A DNA stretch of 63,733 nt, counting the filler, from Klebsormidium nitens (Eukaryota; Plantae; Klebsormidiophyceae): NCBI GenBank assembly GCA_000708835.1. It is 7 parts of 7 records of this genome, joined end to end, with 100 filler letters (N's around TTAATTAATTAA, not from the genome) between each part and the next. Parts side by side here need not be neighbours in the genome. Positions count along the whole stretch, not along the records: positions 1 to 25,764 come from DF237833.1; 6 more parts are not named here. One strand, written 5' to 3'. Below are positions 12,138 to 25,864 of the stretch, one piece after another. The notes under the pieces were generated by a model. It saw only the letters and a list, made by a program, of their open reading frames with translations. It was not told the DNA's origin and made no database searches. The position numbers and the translations under genes are program-made. How positions within the stretch are numbered: the first letter of the stretch is position 1; each line of letters begins with the position of its first letter.

Positions 12138-14082
12138 TAAGTCTTGGGCGGCAAAACCCGTCGCCGAGTTGCTGAAAGGCCGGCTTGTATTTTGGGAAGC
12201 GCATGCATATGGCCTGACCTTGTGAAAGAAGGAGGGTCACATTTGCCACATGATCACGTCAAAGTAGGGTGTACCTATATATACAGTGAGCTCACATACG
12301 AGCTCCCAGGCGGTGCCTGCGAGACAGCCCACCAGATGGCGGAAGCCTCCATGCTATACTGCTGCTAATGTTCAGTTCTCTAGTCTTAGGCCGTCAGATT
12401 GTTAGCCGCCATCCAGCTCCCCTCTCCTGGAAAAGGTGAAAGCTCAAATTCAGAGCCATAGAGACAACAGCTGTCAATCGTCCAGATATGGTTACCCCTC
12501 CTTCGGAATCTCTTCTCGCGGCCGGATAGCTAGCTGTGCATATGTGACATGCCGCGGATCTGACCTGTGTATAATATACCAGTCATACGATTTATGGTCC
12601 GGACTACTTCAATAGTAAGTACATCAAGATTTCTATAGAAAATCTCTATAGAACTACAGTCACGTCATCACCTGGCATGATAATTTTCGGTTAAACTTTC
12701 CGCACCGTCACATTGCAGCTGGGATGACCGGGATGTCATGCTATGATGCGGCCGCACCGCGGACTCATTGAACAGAGCGTTAAAATCTCTTCTATCCAAA
12801 TCGCGGGCATGTGGTTTTCACTGTCCTCCGTCCATTTCGAGGACGCCGCTCGAGCTTATTTTATAATTGCTGACCTACGCCCATATGTCCTGCATCTAGA
12901 ACGCGACCAAATTTTATTTTTAGTCCAGACTCACCGAGAAGTCGATGTAGTTCGAGTCTGACGGGACCACCCCACTGAGGCAGTACGTGGCGTTCTCAGA
13001 AATCCAGTCTTTAAGGCCTTCCTATTCCAGTCAAACTTCTTTGGCCGCCGCGGCCATGCCGTACAGTTTTAGGCCGGCGGACGTCAGCTTCCCGGCCGGA
13101 TAGAAAATCTCCCTGGTGCCGAGAATGTCCTTACGAAGATTCCCGCAAAATGCAAAAGCCGGCGCCCGGTCATCCTATATCCCGTTAATTTCTTACCTAT
13201 ATCAGCCGGAGTATAGCTAATTGATCGTCCCCCTTCGATCTGCAGAATTCAAACGGTTCCAGGATACCGCCGGCGGCCCCAGCTCTCCCTCATAGTGCAC
13301 GCACGTAATGAGCGGCTTGCTCAAATAATCCATAAGAATATTGGCGGCCAGCGCGCGCATCCGCCCACCCCGCCTGGCCGGGCCCAAGCGGGCCTCGGGC
13401 TAGCCAAACAGTCAACAAACATGCACGCGCCAAACATGGTGCCCAACAAATATAGATACTTATCGATCCGACATTCCCTCGGTATCCAGAGTGCAAGGCA
13501 ATCATGACCAAGTCATACTGTATCGTTGCGCTACGTACGGCCTTGACTCACTGACTGTGCCTTCTGCCTTGCAGTGCATCGTCTTCTAGCTATGCACGGC
13601 AAGGTGAGGTCATTTTGAAGCTGACCCCCTATGTTCACTTCAGAGGGTGGGGGGTTGGGTGTTTGCCACGACATGGGCAGCGGGAGGGGGAGGCGGGCTC
13701 CGCTTATCCTGAGCTGCAGGCTGGCCGGAGGAGGGGGGGGCTTGGCCGTTTAGGTCCCGAGGGGCTCTGGACTGAACATAGGGGGTTCACTTTCAAATGA
13801 CCTTACCCTAGCCATTGATGGTGACAACGCGCAGCTCGAGCATGCCAGCAAAATGGTCCTACCCAGAAGTCTCGGGCAAGAGGGTACACTCTGCTATAAG
13901 CGATGGAAACTTTTCGATGCCCCGTCCAATCTATCCAATCCTCGTGCAGTGAGTGAGCTTCTCTTGACCCGGGTACCTTGCCTCCCCAACCCGGACCAAC
14001 CAGAGCGTCTTGCCATCGCTATGTACAAGACGCTTGTCAGGTCACCTTGCTCCATATCGGAAGGCCGTTGTCGGCTTGGAGC

Positions 14083-16905
14083 TCATCGCTTATTCGCAGG
14101 CCCTCCCCCCGCTTTGACCACCCAGGCGGGGGCGGCGGGGGCCACTTGTAGGCCGAGGCGCTTAAGCAGGATGGTGTACAGGATGTGGAGCAGAAACACG
14201 TAGCTGGCGCTGTTGAACAGCAGCTGCACCACAGCGCACCGCATGCAGTCATGCAGCAGCACGGGCAGGCACGAGCGCGGGGCCAAGAGAGGGGAAAGGC
14301 AATGCGAGGGTAGCCACCAAGCTCAAAACGCAAAAGCATCTTTAGGCCGACTCAGGTTGTGACAACTCGTGACGCTCTAGGTCGGCAGGAACACCAGATT
14401 GTTCTGCTTGACTGCACATAAAGTGCTGACGACATTGAAAGGAGTGTTCAGCAGACGGCTCTCCGTCACTGTGACTCCGCATTTAGACACAGGCGGGCTG
14501 CCGCTGAATCCGGCCTCTTTCCTCATCGCTGCGTCTCACAATAGGTCGAGCGCTGTCCACACAAACTATATCCAACTAGAAGCGAGTACGCTGATGTGTG
14601 CAAGGAGTCGGGTATGCTTACTGCTGCGGAGGCGATGCCGCAGACGGTGGGCATGCTGGGCCCGGAGGGGAGGCCCACCGTGTGGAACATGGCCGTCAGG
14701 CTGGCGTGGAATTGGGTCAGGATCTGCACGCACGCGGCCAGGCTGTCAATCTGGGGAGGTTAGCCCAATGGAAACTTGCGTATGTGAGCCGCTAGAACGA
14801 CAAAATGGACACAGGGAGGACGATTCCAACCTATTAAGACAGCATAGCCTCGCAAACGAGTCTTTTTTCTACAGAAAGGAGACGCTCTGTCGTCCTAGTA
14901 CCTGCGCTGATATTCTTTCCTGATGGGGTAGCAATTCCAGTAATCATTAGAGACTCAAACCTTTCGAGGAGACCTCCGGGAGTAGAAAACTGGAGTTCGA
15001 TGTGAATTGAAACGGCAAGAGGTCAAAGGAGGTCAGGGCCAGCCAGGGGCTCTGGGCTTGGCAAGCCACAGGCAACCAGGCAAGGGGAGGGAACAGGGGG
15101 GTTGGCAGTGGGAATGCACCACCTTTTATCAACAATCCTTTGATGAAGGAAGTGAAAGACGTGTCGTTGGTGGCGGTGTGTCTCACCAGGCGGGGGATGT
15201 TTTCCCGGAGGAGCCAGGAGGAGACCGCGAGGGAGGCCAGCAGGCTGGCCACGCGCACCAGCGCCAGCAGCAGCACCGACGGCAACCACCGCACACGCAG
15301 CCTGCATGAGGGGGGGGGGCGTGGGAGTTACTGGGGAGGCATCAAGGGGGCCAGGGCGGGTTCACAAAGAAGCGGAGAGAAGTCACCAACGCCCCCTTAG
15401 AAAACCTCGAAGATGAGGGAAGGACTTGAGCCAGCACAGGAAATCAGACATAAACAAATCTTGGGCCAGGAGCACGTTTACAAAAGGACACGCGACTTCG
15501 CCAGCCGTGCAATCATGGGACGTAAAGCCCAGCCAGCGCTGTTCCCATGTTGACAGGGTGACATCACACGCGGGGCCGTGGCACGCACCTCCAGCCGGCG
15601 CCCATCGCCAGGCCCAGCGAGCCATACGACACCTGTAGCAACGCACACAGAGGCAGTCAAGAAAGCAGGCACAGGAGCAGACGAGCTATCTAGGAGCGGA
15701 GACCGTTGTGTGGTGAATACTGCTTAGCTTGTACACAGATTGTCAAGGCGATTGTGACCTTCACTGGACACAAGCCCTAGAATCTTCAGCTAAGAGCAGA
15801 GTGGTTTGCGAGTGGCGCTGGTTGCCTGTTGTGCGGCTCACCACATAGAGGACGGCGCGCAGAGGGCCCGTCAGGACAAACAGCAGCAGAGTGGTCGCCA
15901 CCTGCGGGCACACCCTATGGGCATCAGCTAGGGGGGGGGGGACAAGGCGCCAGGATGCCCACGGTAAGCGCACCCGACACATGCTCAGCCATGGGGGGCT
16001 GTGCTGATCACCTGTCCCTGGGATAGGCATGGTCAGTCCCTATGGCTCCCAGAGAACTATTAGAGGCATAGCTGAAATTGCTTGCAGTGGCGCACCAGGG
16101 TCTTGACGGCTGCGCGCACGTTGCCGCGGATGGCTGCCACCACCAGAGGCAGCGGGAAGAAGGTCGCAAAGTAGCCCTGCGTGGCACGGCGGCGGAGCAC
16201 TGGGTGAGCCAGAGAGGGGGCGAATCTGCCCAGATCGAGCAGTCAGGAGGAACACAAGTAGTGTAAAGCAGAGCATACGTCTCCAGCCGGAGGGACCGCA
16301 CCACAGCGCCCTGCTGGAAGTGGTAGGAACAGACACTGCTCCCGCGGGCCGCACTGCACCCATACCTCGAGGCGCAGCAGGGTGGAGAGAGCGTAGGCCA
16401 GCCCTGTGGTGGCTGCCAGCATGGCCACCTCGACCAGCTCCCGCGTGTCGCGCAGCGTGGCGCCATCCCCCCCCAGCGCACCTGTGCTCAAATCTGCCCG
16501 CCCACTCGTGCTGGCCACCGCCTCACTTTCAGTGCTGCCCGGGCGCTCGTCGTCTGCGGATATGGCTTCGGCTCTAACGGAACGGAGCGGCCGTGACCGA
16601 AAACGCCCTTTCTGACTTCCACGCCTTGAGATTGGGCCGTCTCGGTCTGAAAACCACATGTGCGACCTATTTAGGGTGGTGCTATCATCGAATTTCCGCA
16701 AGAGCCCCCATCGAAGATGTCTCAGCTCCTCCTGCCCCGAGCAACTGCATTCGGCACTGCCTCCGCCCAATGTGGTGCTAGCGCCAGGCAGGGTGCAAGC
16801 TGGCGGGCGCGACGACCGCACTGGGAACCGCCCTGACGTGAGCCGGCATCCGAACCAAACATCTTGGTCCAGGCGGCTTTGTTTGGAAGCCACGAAGACA
16901 TCCAT
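14083..16905 (-). CDS. DUF2232 (YybS-like) membrane protein with a probable plastid transit peptide, 7 exons
   Basis: Exons ?-16366, 16176-16096, 15901-15842, 15632-15589, 15301-15187, 14723-14622 and 14223-14083. Translation TRELVEVAMLAATTGLAYALSTLLRLE-GYFATFFPLPLVVAAIR-VATTLLLFVLTGPLRA-FLLHILYTILLKRLG resembles the plant DUF2232 family as I recall it. The start codon is uncertain (16992, about 16905 or later). Confidence 0.72.
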
Positions 16906-17887
16906 TGCATCACCATGACTGGGGAGGCCATGCGCGGCGGTGTGCGGTGGGGCGCAGGGCACCTGATAGCTCCCGGCCAGCCTCGTAGCCATGCTGGGAG
17001 GGATGCTCAGCAGAACTTGCTACAGAACCTGCTCAGCTCAATCCGCTGAAGACTGCAGTGGTCCAGCTTCACCATCGAATCTGCAGCCTCTTGAAGTCGA
17101 GAACAGTATTACGGTAGTAACACTACCTACCGTAATGCTATCTGGTAAGCTGCGCGGCGCAGCTGGCAGCCATCCCATATGCATGTGTCTAGCTCCCACT
17201 GAGCATGTTGCCGCATCGACGGCTGATGCCCTTTACAAACTCTACTGGACGGTTTCGATTGTTCTGACCGGGGCCCCGGCCTGCTTGTAGACAACGGGCA
17301 TTCGGCGTGTTCGAAAGTCAAATTCAATCAGCCCGCGCACCCTCCCGAGTCCTGAGTCCTGTTTTGATGAGGCCCTCTCCTCTGCTGAGGCTCGGCCTTG
17401 CACTGGCAAAGTGCGGCCATGCGCCTGCCTCGCCCGCCTTCCAAGTTGCAACAATCATGACAGGGCGGACTGCACGAGGTCGAGACCTGGCCTCTGAGAC
17501 TGGGAAAGACTGCAATCGAAGGAAGGCGGAAAGAGGGTCCTGGGAGGAGACCTCAGTGCGAGCAATGGGGGTGGAATGAAGCGGCATGCCCGTGAAGGCT
17601 TCCGACTAGCACGGCCAGGCGTATGGACGTCCTGCTCGCTCAACGTGTATAAGATTGCTGCAGCTTTGAACCAAGTGATCCTCGGGTCAATTTGACGGCG
17701 AAGCGGACATCTGTATCAGAAGGGTATATCTCCTCATGTGGCTCATTAGCAAGGGCAGACTGAACGGACCTTCATTGAGCCAACCTGGCGGTTGATCTTC
17801 CTTGCAGAGTGCTCAATCTCCCCTTGGCCTTCTCTTCCGTACTCAAGTCACCATGCAGTCAGGCCACCTCTGCTGTCGTCCCTGACC

Positions 17888-20800
17888 ATGTTCACCGCTT
17901 TCACCACCCGCCGGCTGTCGCTTGCCTCGCATGAGGAGGCGCGGCCTACGCCCGCTCGGCCGTGCCTGCCTGCCACCTCAGCAGCGCACAGCGCAAGGAA
18001 ACCCCCTCTAGGCAAGGCGAGCAGGGGGGAGCGCTGCGAGCATGGGGCTGCGCAGGGGCCGGGCACGCTCATGGAGCAGATGGCCGACCTGCGCCTGCTG
18101 ACGCCTGGCAAGGGTGCTGCCTGTGCCGATGAGTGGAACCGCAACAGCCTGCGTTTTGGGCAGGAAATGCTGGGGACATTGGAGCAGCAGGGGCAGGGCG
18201 CGCTCAGGAAGAGGCGGCGCTCCTTGGGGGGACGCCTGCAGAACAGCATGACAGGTTTTGATGAGCCGGAAGACATGTTTGGTGACTTGGGGTGTGGTCA
18301 GCCAGTAGAAGCTGGCTGGGGAAAGCAGGATGCCGGGCTGCCCCCCCTCCACGGCTTCTTCGGCCAGGACAGCGTGAGGAGAAGCGCCAATCAGAACCCC
18401 TTTGCAACACCTAGGAAAGTGAAGAAACCCACAGCCCGGAGGCAATCCAAACCCCCTGGAAGCCAGCCTCAGACAGTGTCCAGCGGACCTGCGCAGTTGA
18501 CTCTTGGGGGGGGGCTTGCAGGAGATGTAGGTGCTGTGGACATAGGGGGCCTGGGAAAAGTGCTGGGGCCGGAGGAGAGGGTGGCCTGGCACACCTTTGC
18601 ACCGCTGCAGGTACGTAGTGCCTCTTAGTAGACATGTGGACGCATGGCTGGCGCTGCTACCTAATCCGGTTGTCTGCCAGGCCGGTCAATTCCTCAAAGT
18701 CTCTAAGCTTGTGTCTGCTGGGTTGTACCATGATTGCAAACTACCTGCAAGCAGCTTGGCGCCAATGCACACGCCCAAATAGACTGCATCTCTGGTTCAT
18801 AGGCTCAAGTCTCGGGTTCGAAGCAGGACCACCACGGCTTCCCCTCCACTGCCCCTTCTGTGACCATTTTGGGACTTCTCTCCTTCTGCAGCGCGTACTC
18901 ATTGTGGCTGTGGCGGCGGCAGCAGCGGCCAACTTGCAGCGCGCAGATGGCCGCGAGAAGGGCCGCCTCAAGCGGGCCGTGCAGGCCAGGGTGAGACACT
19001 TCTGCAACCGGCGGGTTACTAAGCTTTCCATGTAAGACCACGCTGCATGCTGCTTTCGTGCTGCCAGGACAGGCGCGTTCAACTACCATCCCATTTGCCT
19101 CAACAGAAGTCAGCTGCAGCTCACACTGCCATGTGAGCTTGCTCCATTGACACTGCGCTTGTGTGGCCTATGGCAGGACCATGCGCTGGCGCTGCTGCGC
19201 CGCCAGATGGGGGAGGCCCTGGCGCGCAAGATGGCACCACTCACTGAGCAGGCCGGGACGCAGACGTCCCCTCCGGCTGGCCCTGCTGCCCCCCCCACCC
19301 CAGCTGCACCAGTGCCGCAGGTAAGGAGCAACTGGTCCAGAACAGCAGGGCTGATTCAAGAACACCCTGCATCATTTGCCCGGGCTCATCCCCTGAGAGC
19401 AGCACTTTTGGCTCATGGGTTTCCTATGTTCAACCAGATCGTTCAGGAGAATGTTTGGTACTCCTCCTAGTGTCGCTTAGAGCGACATTTCGCGGAAGAG
19501 ATTCCTCAGTACTGCGCACCCTGCTCGTTTCACCTGTTTGCCAATCACTCTCAAACGGCCTCTTTGATTTGTTCAGGCGGCGTCTCCCAAGCCCCCTCCC
19601 CCCGCAAGCCCCCCCCAGCTGAGCCTGGGCAGCATTTCGTGCGCCACCTTCTCCCCCAGCCCGCCCCTCCCCTTCCGCTGCGCATCCCCGGCACCCCTCC
19701 TCCAGCCCGCCGTCGCCCCCCCAGCCGAAACTGCCCCGCCTGCCTGCACCGTGTCCGCAGCAGACGCGCGGTGCATGCGCGACTTGGCCCGGACACTGGC
19801 GGGGCCCACCAATTTGTCTGCATCCTTTGAGTCAGTGGTAGCGCATGCGGTCCTCTCGGGCGGCAAGGCGCTCAGAGAGTCAGTGGAGTCCGTCACGGGG
19901 GCGAGGCAGCGAGGGGCGGGGCGGCTGTTCCAGGAGGGAGCGGCAGCAAGCCCGGGCAGAGACGCGAGGGTGAGTAGGCAGGAGCAGGGGGCCCTCTCCT
20001 CGATGCTCCCCTCTTGAATTCTCCAAAGTAGAGCGTCCAGTGCATCGTCATTCTTGCCGCACTTTTGGCTATTTTTGGCCAAGCCGAAACTTGATAGCCC
20101 TGCCCCGAGCTGACTAGGCGAGTGCTTCTGCTGGTATGCCCGATTTGTAGGCGCTTCCAAGCCTGTCCTCTAGAAATCACCTTTTTGTATGCAGGCCAGC
20201 GCTGCTTTCCCGGCAGGGGGCCTCTCTGCGGTGGACCCCAACCTGGTGCACCTGCGCGCCTCGTTTGACTCCGACTGCGGCAATCAAGCAGACATGGCGG
20301 CCAGGTGCGCCGCCGCCATCGCACGAGCCAAGGTCAGCCCCTACGAACGCAGCACTCAATCTCTTGCTGTTCCTATAATTCCACTGTACGAGTTACTAAC
20401 AAGTCTCAACCAGCAGTTCAGAGCTTCCTTCTCCTTTGCTAAGGCACACCACCATCTTCCGGAGGAGGTGTCGTTTTCATACCGTCCGCCTCGAGGGCAG
20501 CTCACGTATAATTTGCATGGGTCTTGTCGGTTTCCCCTGCCGTGTTGTACTTGGGCCAACTTCATGCGGCGTGTGTATGACGCAGGATGCGGCGTTGGCG
20601 GTCTTGACCCGGGAGGCGGCCGCGGTGCTGGCCGCTCTCGTGGTGGTCGTCAGGAAGGTGAGCCGCCGCCTGTCCTCGCTGCAGGCCGCCTCTGAATGAC
20701 CCTGTGCCACAGCAACACACTCTTTGCATATCCGGACAGTTCTTAGATCAACCCGTTGGGCGTTCTTGGCCGAGCCACGTGGAACGAACGTGCGCAGATG

Positions 20801-23800
20801 TCCCTGTGTGCGCTCCAGGCTGGCCCTCGACATCATCTGCCTGCGAAGTCTTTTCTTACTGCGCGTCTGTCTGCCAGGCGGAGGAGCTCGAGAGGGCGGA
20901 GCCAGCAAGGCCGGCCGAGGGGGCGGCGACTGACCTGGCGGATGCGGCAACCCAGCCGTCAGCAGGTGGGGGCACACGGCCCCGCTCCAATCACTCTGCC
21001 TGTGCCTTTAACGTCAGTTGAGCTGCTGGCAAAAAGGACTGTGTGGCACCACATGAGCTACCCCAAGGGCACAACTTCGAGTTCGGAGCTTTGCGAGAAC
21101 CAGGTTCTGGCGGTGATGACAACACGAAAGGAGAAAGGGTAGGTCCCAAGTGGAGTCCGTGATGCTGGACGTCTTCCCTGCAGTCATGTGAACTTTCTCT
21201 TTATGCCTTACATCAGACTGAGCTCGCAGAGCAAGCATTGATCGTCACACCTCGGCCTTCCCTTGTGCAGCGGGCGCTGCTCTGCAGACGGCAGTGGAGG
21301 GCGCCACCACGCGCCTCGTGTCACTCCAGCAGGCAGTCTCTGCCACGTGGCACTCCCTGGGCCCGGCTGCGTTGGCGGCGCTCAAGGCGTCGGCTGCAGG
21401 AGGTGGAGCGGCCGCCAAGACGTGGGGCAGGCAGCTGCCAGGGGAGCAAGAGAACGCCAGCCCCTCGCACAGCCGGCACCGTGAGCCGCTGCCTTTCCTT
21501 TGCCGCACATGGTCCAAAGGCTCAAGAGTCACAACAGACAAGAGGGCGCGGCAGCTTTGTCCAAGTCCTGCGCAATGAAGCAGGACCACGTGCTCCCATC
21601 TGCTGCATCTCATCTGCTCCAAGACTCTAATACATCATGATGCGGTGCCGATTCACGTCGTCCCATGGATCATCGACGGCTTCTCCTACTACGAAGAAGG
21701 TCAGAGTAAGATATCGTTTGTTGCAGCGACCATTTTCCCCTCATTTCGTCTTTGGCCAGGCTCGGAGGGCCGTTGCACTTCTCCTGCTCACCGAGTCGCC
21801 CGTCCCTTCGTTGTGCAGCTCCCCGCGGCGCCGCTCTCCGCGCTTCCCTGGGCTCCTGCAGCCCCGGCCTGCGCGTCCCGCCCCTCTCGCGCTCCGCGGA
21901 CGGCCTCCCCTCCCCGGCCGGCAGCGCCTGGAGCCGGTGGACCGGGGGGACCACCCCGCACGGCCGGCACGCGGGAGACGCGGAGGCGGCGCTGCCGGGC
22001 GGGGTGGCGGCCGCGGTGCGGCGCGCGGTGGAGCACATGGCCAGGCAGGACGCGAGCGGCCACGGCGGGGCAGCGGCGCAGCTGATGGCGGAGCTGGAGC
22101 ACGCCGCAGCCAAGGTGGGAGGCACGCGCACCGCAAGGAGCCAGGCCCGATATGAGCGGGCAATCGCAGTCCGCGCCCGTGAGATTACAGGCCGTTGTAG
22201 GGCGATCCGAGATGGCATCGAGCGGCCGGTTGTAGTCGTCGCGCTCGTGAGAGATACCTAAACTTTGCTGGCAGTCGCGAAAGGCAAACGTGAACCACTT
22301 CTGTGTCTCGTAGGGGTCCGGGGTGCAGCCGCCCAGCCCTCTTGCTTTTTCGAGAGGGTCACAGGCCCCGCCTTGGCTTTGATCCTCGTGGGCAGCACCT
22401 TGCTTGTATTCCTCTGCTGCGGGCGTGGTCCCCCACTGACTGTGTTGGCGTTGCGATGGCAGGCGACGGGCATGGAGGCGCAGCTTGCAGCGTTGCAGGC
22501 GCAGCTGGCGGCCGTCCGAGACGAGGACGCGAGCGCGCAGGTGAGCACACGGCAGAGACCGCAAGGGGATCAGTGCAGTCAAGACGTTCGTGCGATACAT
22601 GCGTGTCTGCCGTCGAGGCCTTCAACATCGAGGAGGTCCGACTGGAAAAGAACTCAGCCGAGAAGACTGGCAGAGACCGTGTGTAATTTTCGGGTCTCAA
22701 GCGTAGGAATTTTTGTGACGGTAGTGGTGGGTTGGTGTGCAGGTGCGGCTGGCGGCGGAGGCGCGCGGGCTGGCGGGCGAGGTGGCGGTGCGCGACTGCG
22801 CCATCGGGCAGCTGCGGCGGAGCCACGCCGTCGTGGTGGCCGCAAAAGACGCGGAGCTGACGCGGCACCGCCAGCAGGTACGCACCGCACAGCTGCGGCA
22901 GGCCGGGACACAGCAGAAACAGCTGTGCCCCGTCAGTAAAAGACAGCGAAAGCGTCGAGAGCGCAAATATTTGCTCCAGGGGAAGCCCCGCCTGGTCGCG
23001 CACGTGCCCCCAGGCGAACTGTCAGAGTGACACGCGAGCAGGTGAAGGGCGCTCGAAAATTGATTGGCCACGTGGTGCTTTCTTCTGCTGCCAGGTGGCG
23101 GCGCTGCGCGAGGAGCTGCAGCAAGCGGAGGCCCTGCTGGAGCTGGCGTGGACCGGGGAGCCAGGGGTGCTGGGGACGGCGACGCCGGGAGCGGGCTGCA
23201 ACAAGGCCGCCGAACTCGACCGGCTGTGGCAGCAGGTGAGGCGGGGGGAGACGTGCGTCCGCCCGACCTTGCGCCTCTTCTGCCGAGCGGTATCGCAGAG
23301 GCTCCTAGTGGACTCTGGTGATGGCGTTGAACGGACAAGGTGCGGTCTCTTTGAACGGGAAGGCAATCTTTCGAGAGCCGCAGTCCTGGCCTGCGCCTAC
23401 CCGCCTGCCCGCGTCTCCCACGGACTTGCCCCGCATCCGATAGCAAGTGAGTCTCTCTCTAAGTTACATTCTGGCCCTCTCCCCAGGAGCTGTCCCTGCC
23501 CCCGTGCGGGCCGGCCCTTCCGCACGCGCCCCCTCCTGCGCAGCCCCTCAAATGTACGCCCCGGGATGCGTGCGACGCCGCACCGTTGAGCGAACCTGCC
23601 AGCGCCTGCCAGGCCTCGCTGGGGGGGACCGAGGCCGACTCCTCGTCAGGCGGACCCCGCGTCAGGGACGAAAGCGCGGCTGCCGTGCAGCACTCGGGGC
23701 CCTCACTCGAGCTGACGGCTAGAGATGCCTGGCGGGAGGAAGGCTCGGCCCTTGGCAGGGACGGGAAAGCCCGGCACTGCGATGTGCGCGCCCCGGCGCA

Positions 23801-23894
23801 TGATTCCTTGTCCAGGAAGACTGGTCGGAATGGAGGGGACGCGCCCAGCAGGAAGGACGACGACGGGGCCCCGAAAAGAAGGCGGTGGATATAG
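17888..23894 (+). CDS. Hypothetical multi-exon protein, low-complexity N-terminal half and coiled-coil C-terminal half
   Basis: In-frame GT-AG exons at 17888-18610, 18892-18990, about 19177-19320 and about 19577-19969, several shorter ones, coiled-coil exons (MEAQLAALQAQLAAVRDE; EVAVRDCAIGQLRR; AALREELQQAEALLE) and a last exon ending PKRRRWI* at 23894. The middle exons are not fully resolved and no family was recognised. Confidence 0.5.
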
Positions 23895-25764
23895 GCGAGG
23901 CGCAAGGAGGCTGGTGCGAGAGAGTGGCGGGGTCCTTCTCCGTTGGACGAGATTGTACACACATGGCGGGTAATGACCGCCGGCGAGGACCATAAGGAAC
24001 GTGGGCACGTTCCAGTAGTCACAAATGCCCCTTTTGAGTTTCTTTGAAAGTTATAAATGATCCTTCCTCCCTCAGTGATATTGCGCTTTGGTGCCCTGAA
24101 TCAACTTGAGACGATGGCCATGGATTTCACTTGAATAATGGGAAGCTTGTTGTCATGTCGAGCACTTGGGGCTCATTTGCATCATGCATATTACAAACTC
24201 ATGTTGTGCCACGCCTACTGCCAACGTTGGTTCAGGTGCCGCTTCCGTCCAAGCAAATCTCGTTCCCAAGTTCTCAGGCCAATCTACAGGCATGGCAAAC
24301 ATCATTAGGAATTGCTCCAGTGATGTAACATAACCGTTTGTTGAAGGGACGTATTTGGTACTTATTCCTGGCGCCAAGGATATCGATTGTCTGAAAACGA
24401 TGATGGATATCTACATAATCAACGTTGAATCACCTCCGGCCAAGCCAAGACAACGTATGCTGCGTTGTTGTCTTGGGAATCAGTCTGATATGTCTGCGAT
24501 ATACCCAATGCGTACATTGTCACATGTAGATTCTCATGCACCGCATGCAGTTGACTCATACATAACTGGACAAATGACCTGTTGAAGTGTACTGAATGGT
24601 CGTACGCGGGAAATTGAAACTCGTAATGTAGGCGAAATGCACAGATGACATGATTCGTCAAGTCCAAAACTCTAAACAAGCTGGAGTAGTATGCCATTAA
24701 CAGCCTTTTAACATGATCGTGGCTTTGGTTTGGCTAGTGCAAAAACAATGCAGTCGAACTTTCTCAATTGAATTTGAGAAAGTTGGCCCCGGTGCAAATT
24801 TGCCTCCAACCACCAGTACGACATGAAGATGCATAGTATGTACCATGTGCAAGGCTACTATGCTCGTGTGACTTGATTAGATCTCCATCGATCTACGAAA
24901 ATTGCTTCCGATGTGAATAGCACAGTGTCCGTCATGCTTTGGATCCCAATCAGACTCCCCTTTAAGGGGAAGTCTAATAATAGTGATTTCCAGGTCGACC
25001 AGGTTCAAAGTAGCATATTGTCAATCTGTCAATGCTGATAATTTTTTGTACGGATGCTAGCCATTTCCATTGGAGTTTGATATTGCTTTGAAGAGGCTAC
25101 ATAGGACCATGTCTAAAAGTTGGCTATTTCAGTGCAAGACTACTGGTCAAATAGTAGTCTTGCACTATTTGATCGTTCCAAATAAAGCGCCGGGACTCTG
25201 AGGCACGCCGTCTTGAATTCGGATAAGGTGCAATGTTCATGTTATGTATATGCATGGAGTACACGCTTTCAAAGCGGTGATATAGACTCTTCGATGCTGT
25301 CTTCCCGACATGGGCCTCCGAGAAACTTACAGCAACGTGCACAGCAACGGCAGTGACAGGAGGAAGTGTCACTTTAGGAGGAAGTGACATAGTGACAGCA
25401 ACGTGCACAGCAACTCACACAGCAATTGAGCCATGCATGGTGGGACGTCGTACCTATTAAAATCGTGGTACCGCGGTACATGTCGGCCACATGCCATGCA
25501 TGGGACCGGAGGTCACCTGCCAGCCGTGACCGGACCGTGACCGTCTGCAGGTGTGTGAATCTACCTAGCTAATTATTTAACCTGATACCGTCACGGTAGT
25601 GCACATTGGTGCAATGCTGTGCGTTGGTGCACAACATTGCTGTGCTACATAGGTAGTACAGTATGACTTGCCCTGAGCGTGAGCTGGTGCCAACTGGCAA
25701 CCGGTGCCAGAAGATCGTCTAGCTTCTGGGAGTTTCCAGACCCGTTTCTGAACTGCCGCCTCAT

Positions 25765-25864
25765 NNNNNNNNNNNNNNNNNNNNNNNNNNNNNNNNNNNN
25801 NNNNNNNNTTAATTAATTAANNNNNNNNNNNNNNNNNNNNNNNNNNNNNNNNNNNNNNNNNNNN
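25765..25864. other. Artificial contig linker (44 N + TTAATTAATTAA + 44 N)
   Basis: The 12-mer gives stops in all six frames. The identical 100-nt structure recurs six times. Confidence 0.97.

Noticed and set aside
19551-23600. Many long overlapping ORFs on both strands (for example 21788-22600 and 22697-23446)
   Set aside because: These are shadow ORFs of GC-rich exons and introns, with no recognisable domains or consistent splice structure.
25809-25820. TTAATTAATTAA palindrome recurring six times as a biological motif
   Set aside because: It is always centred in exactly 44 N + 12 + 44 N, so it is an assembly linker giving six-frame stops. Cross-linker gene neighbourhoods (for example accC next to DIRS, or RLK next to the viral genes) were not interpreted.
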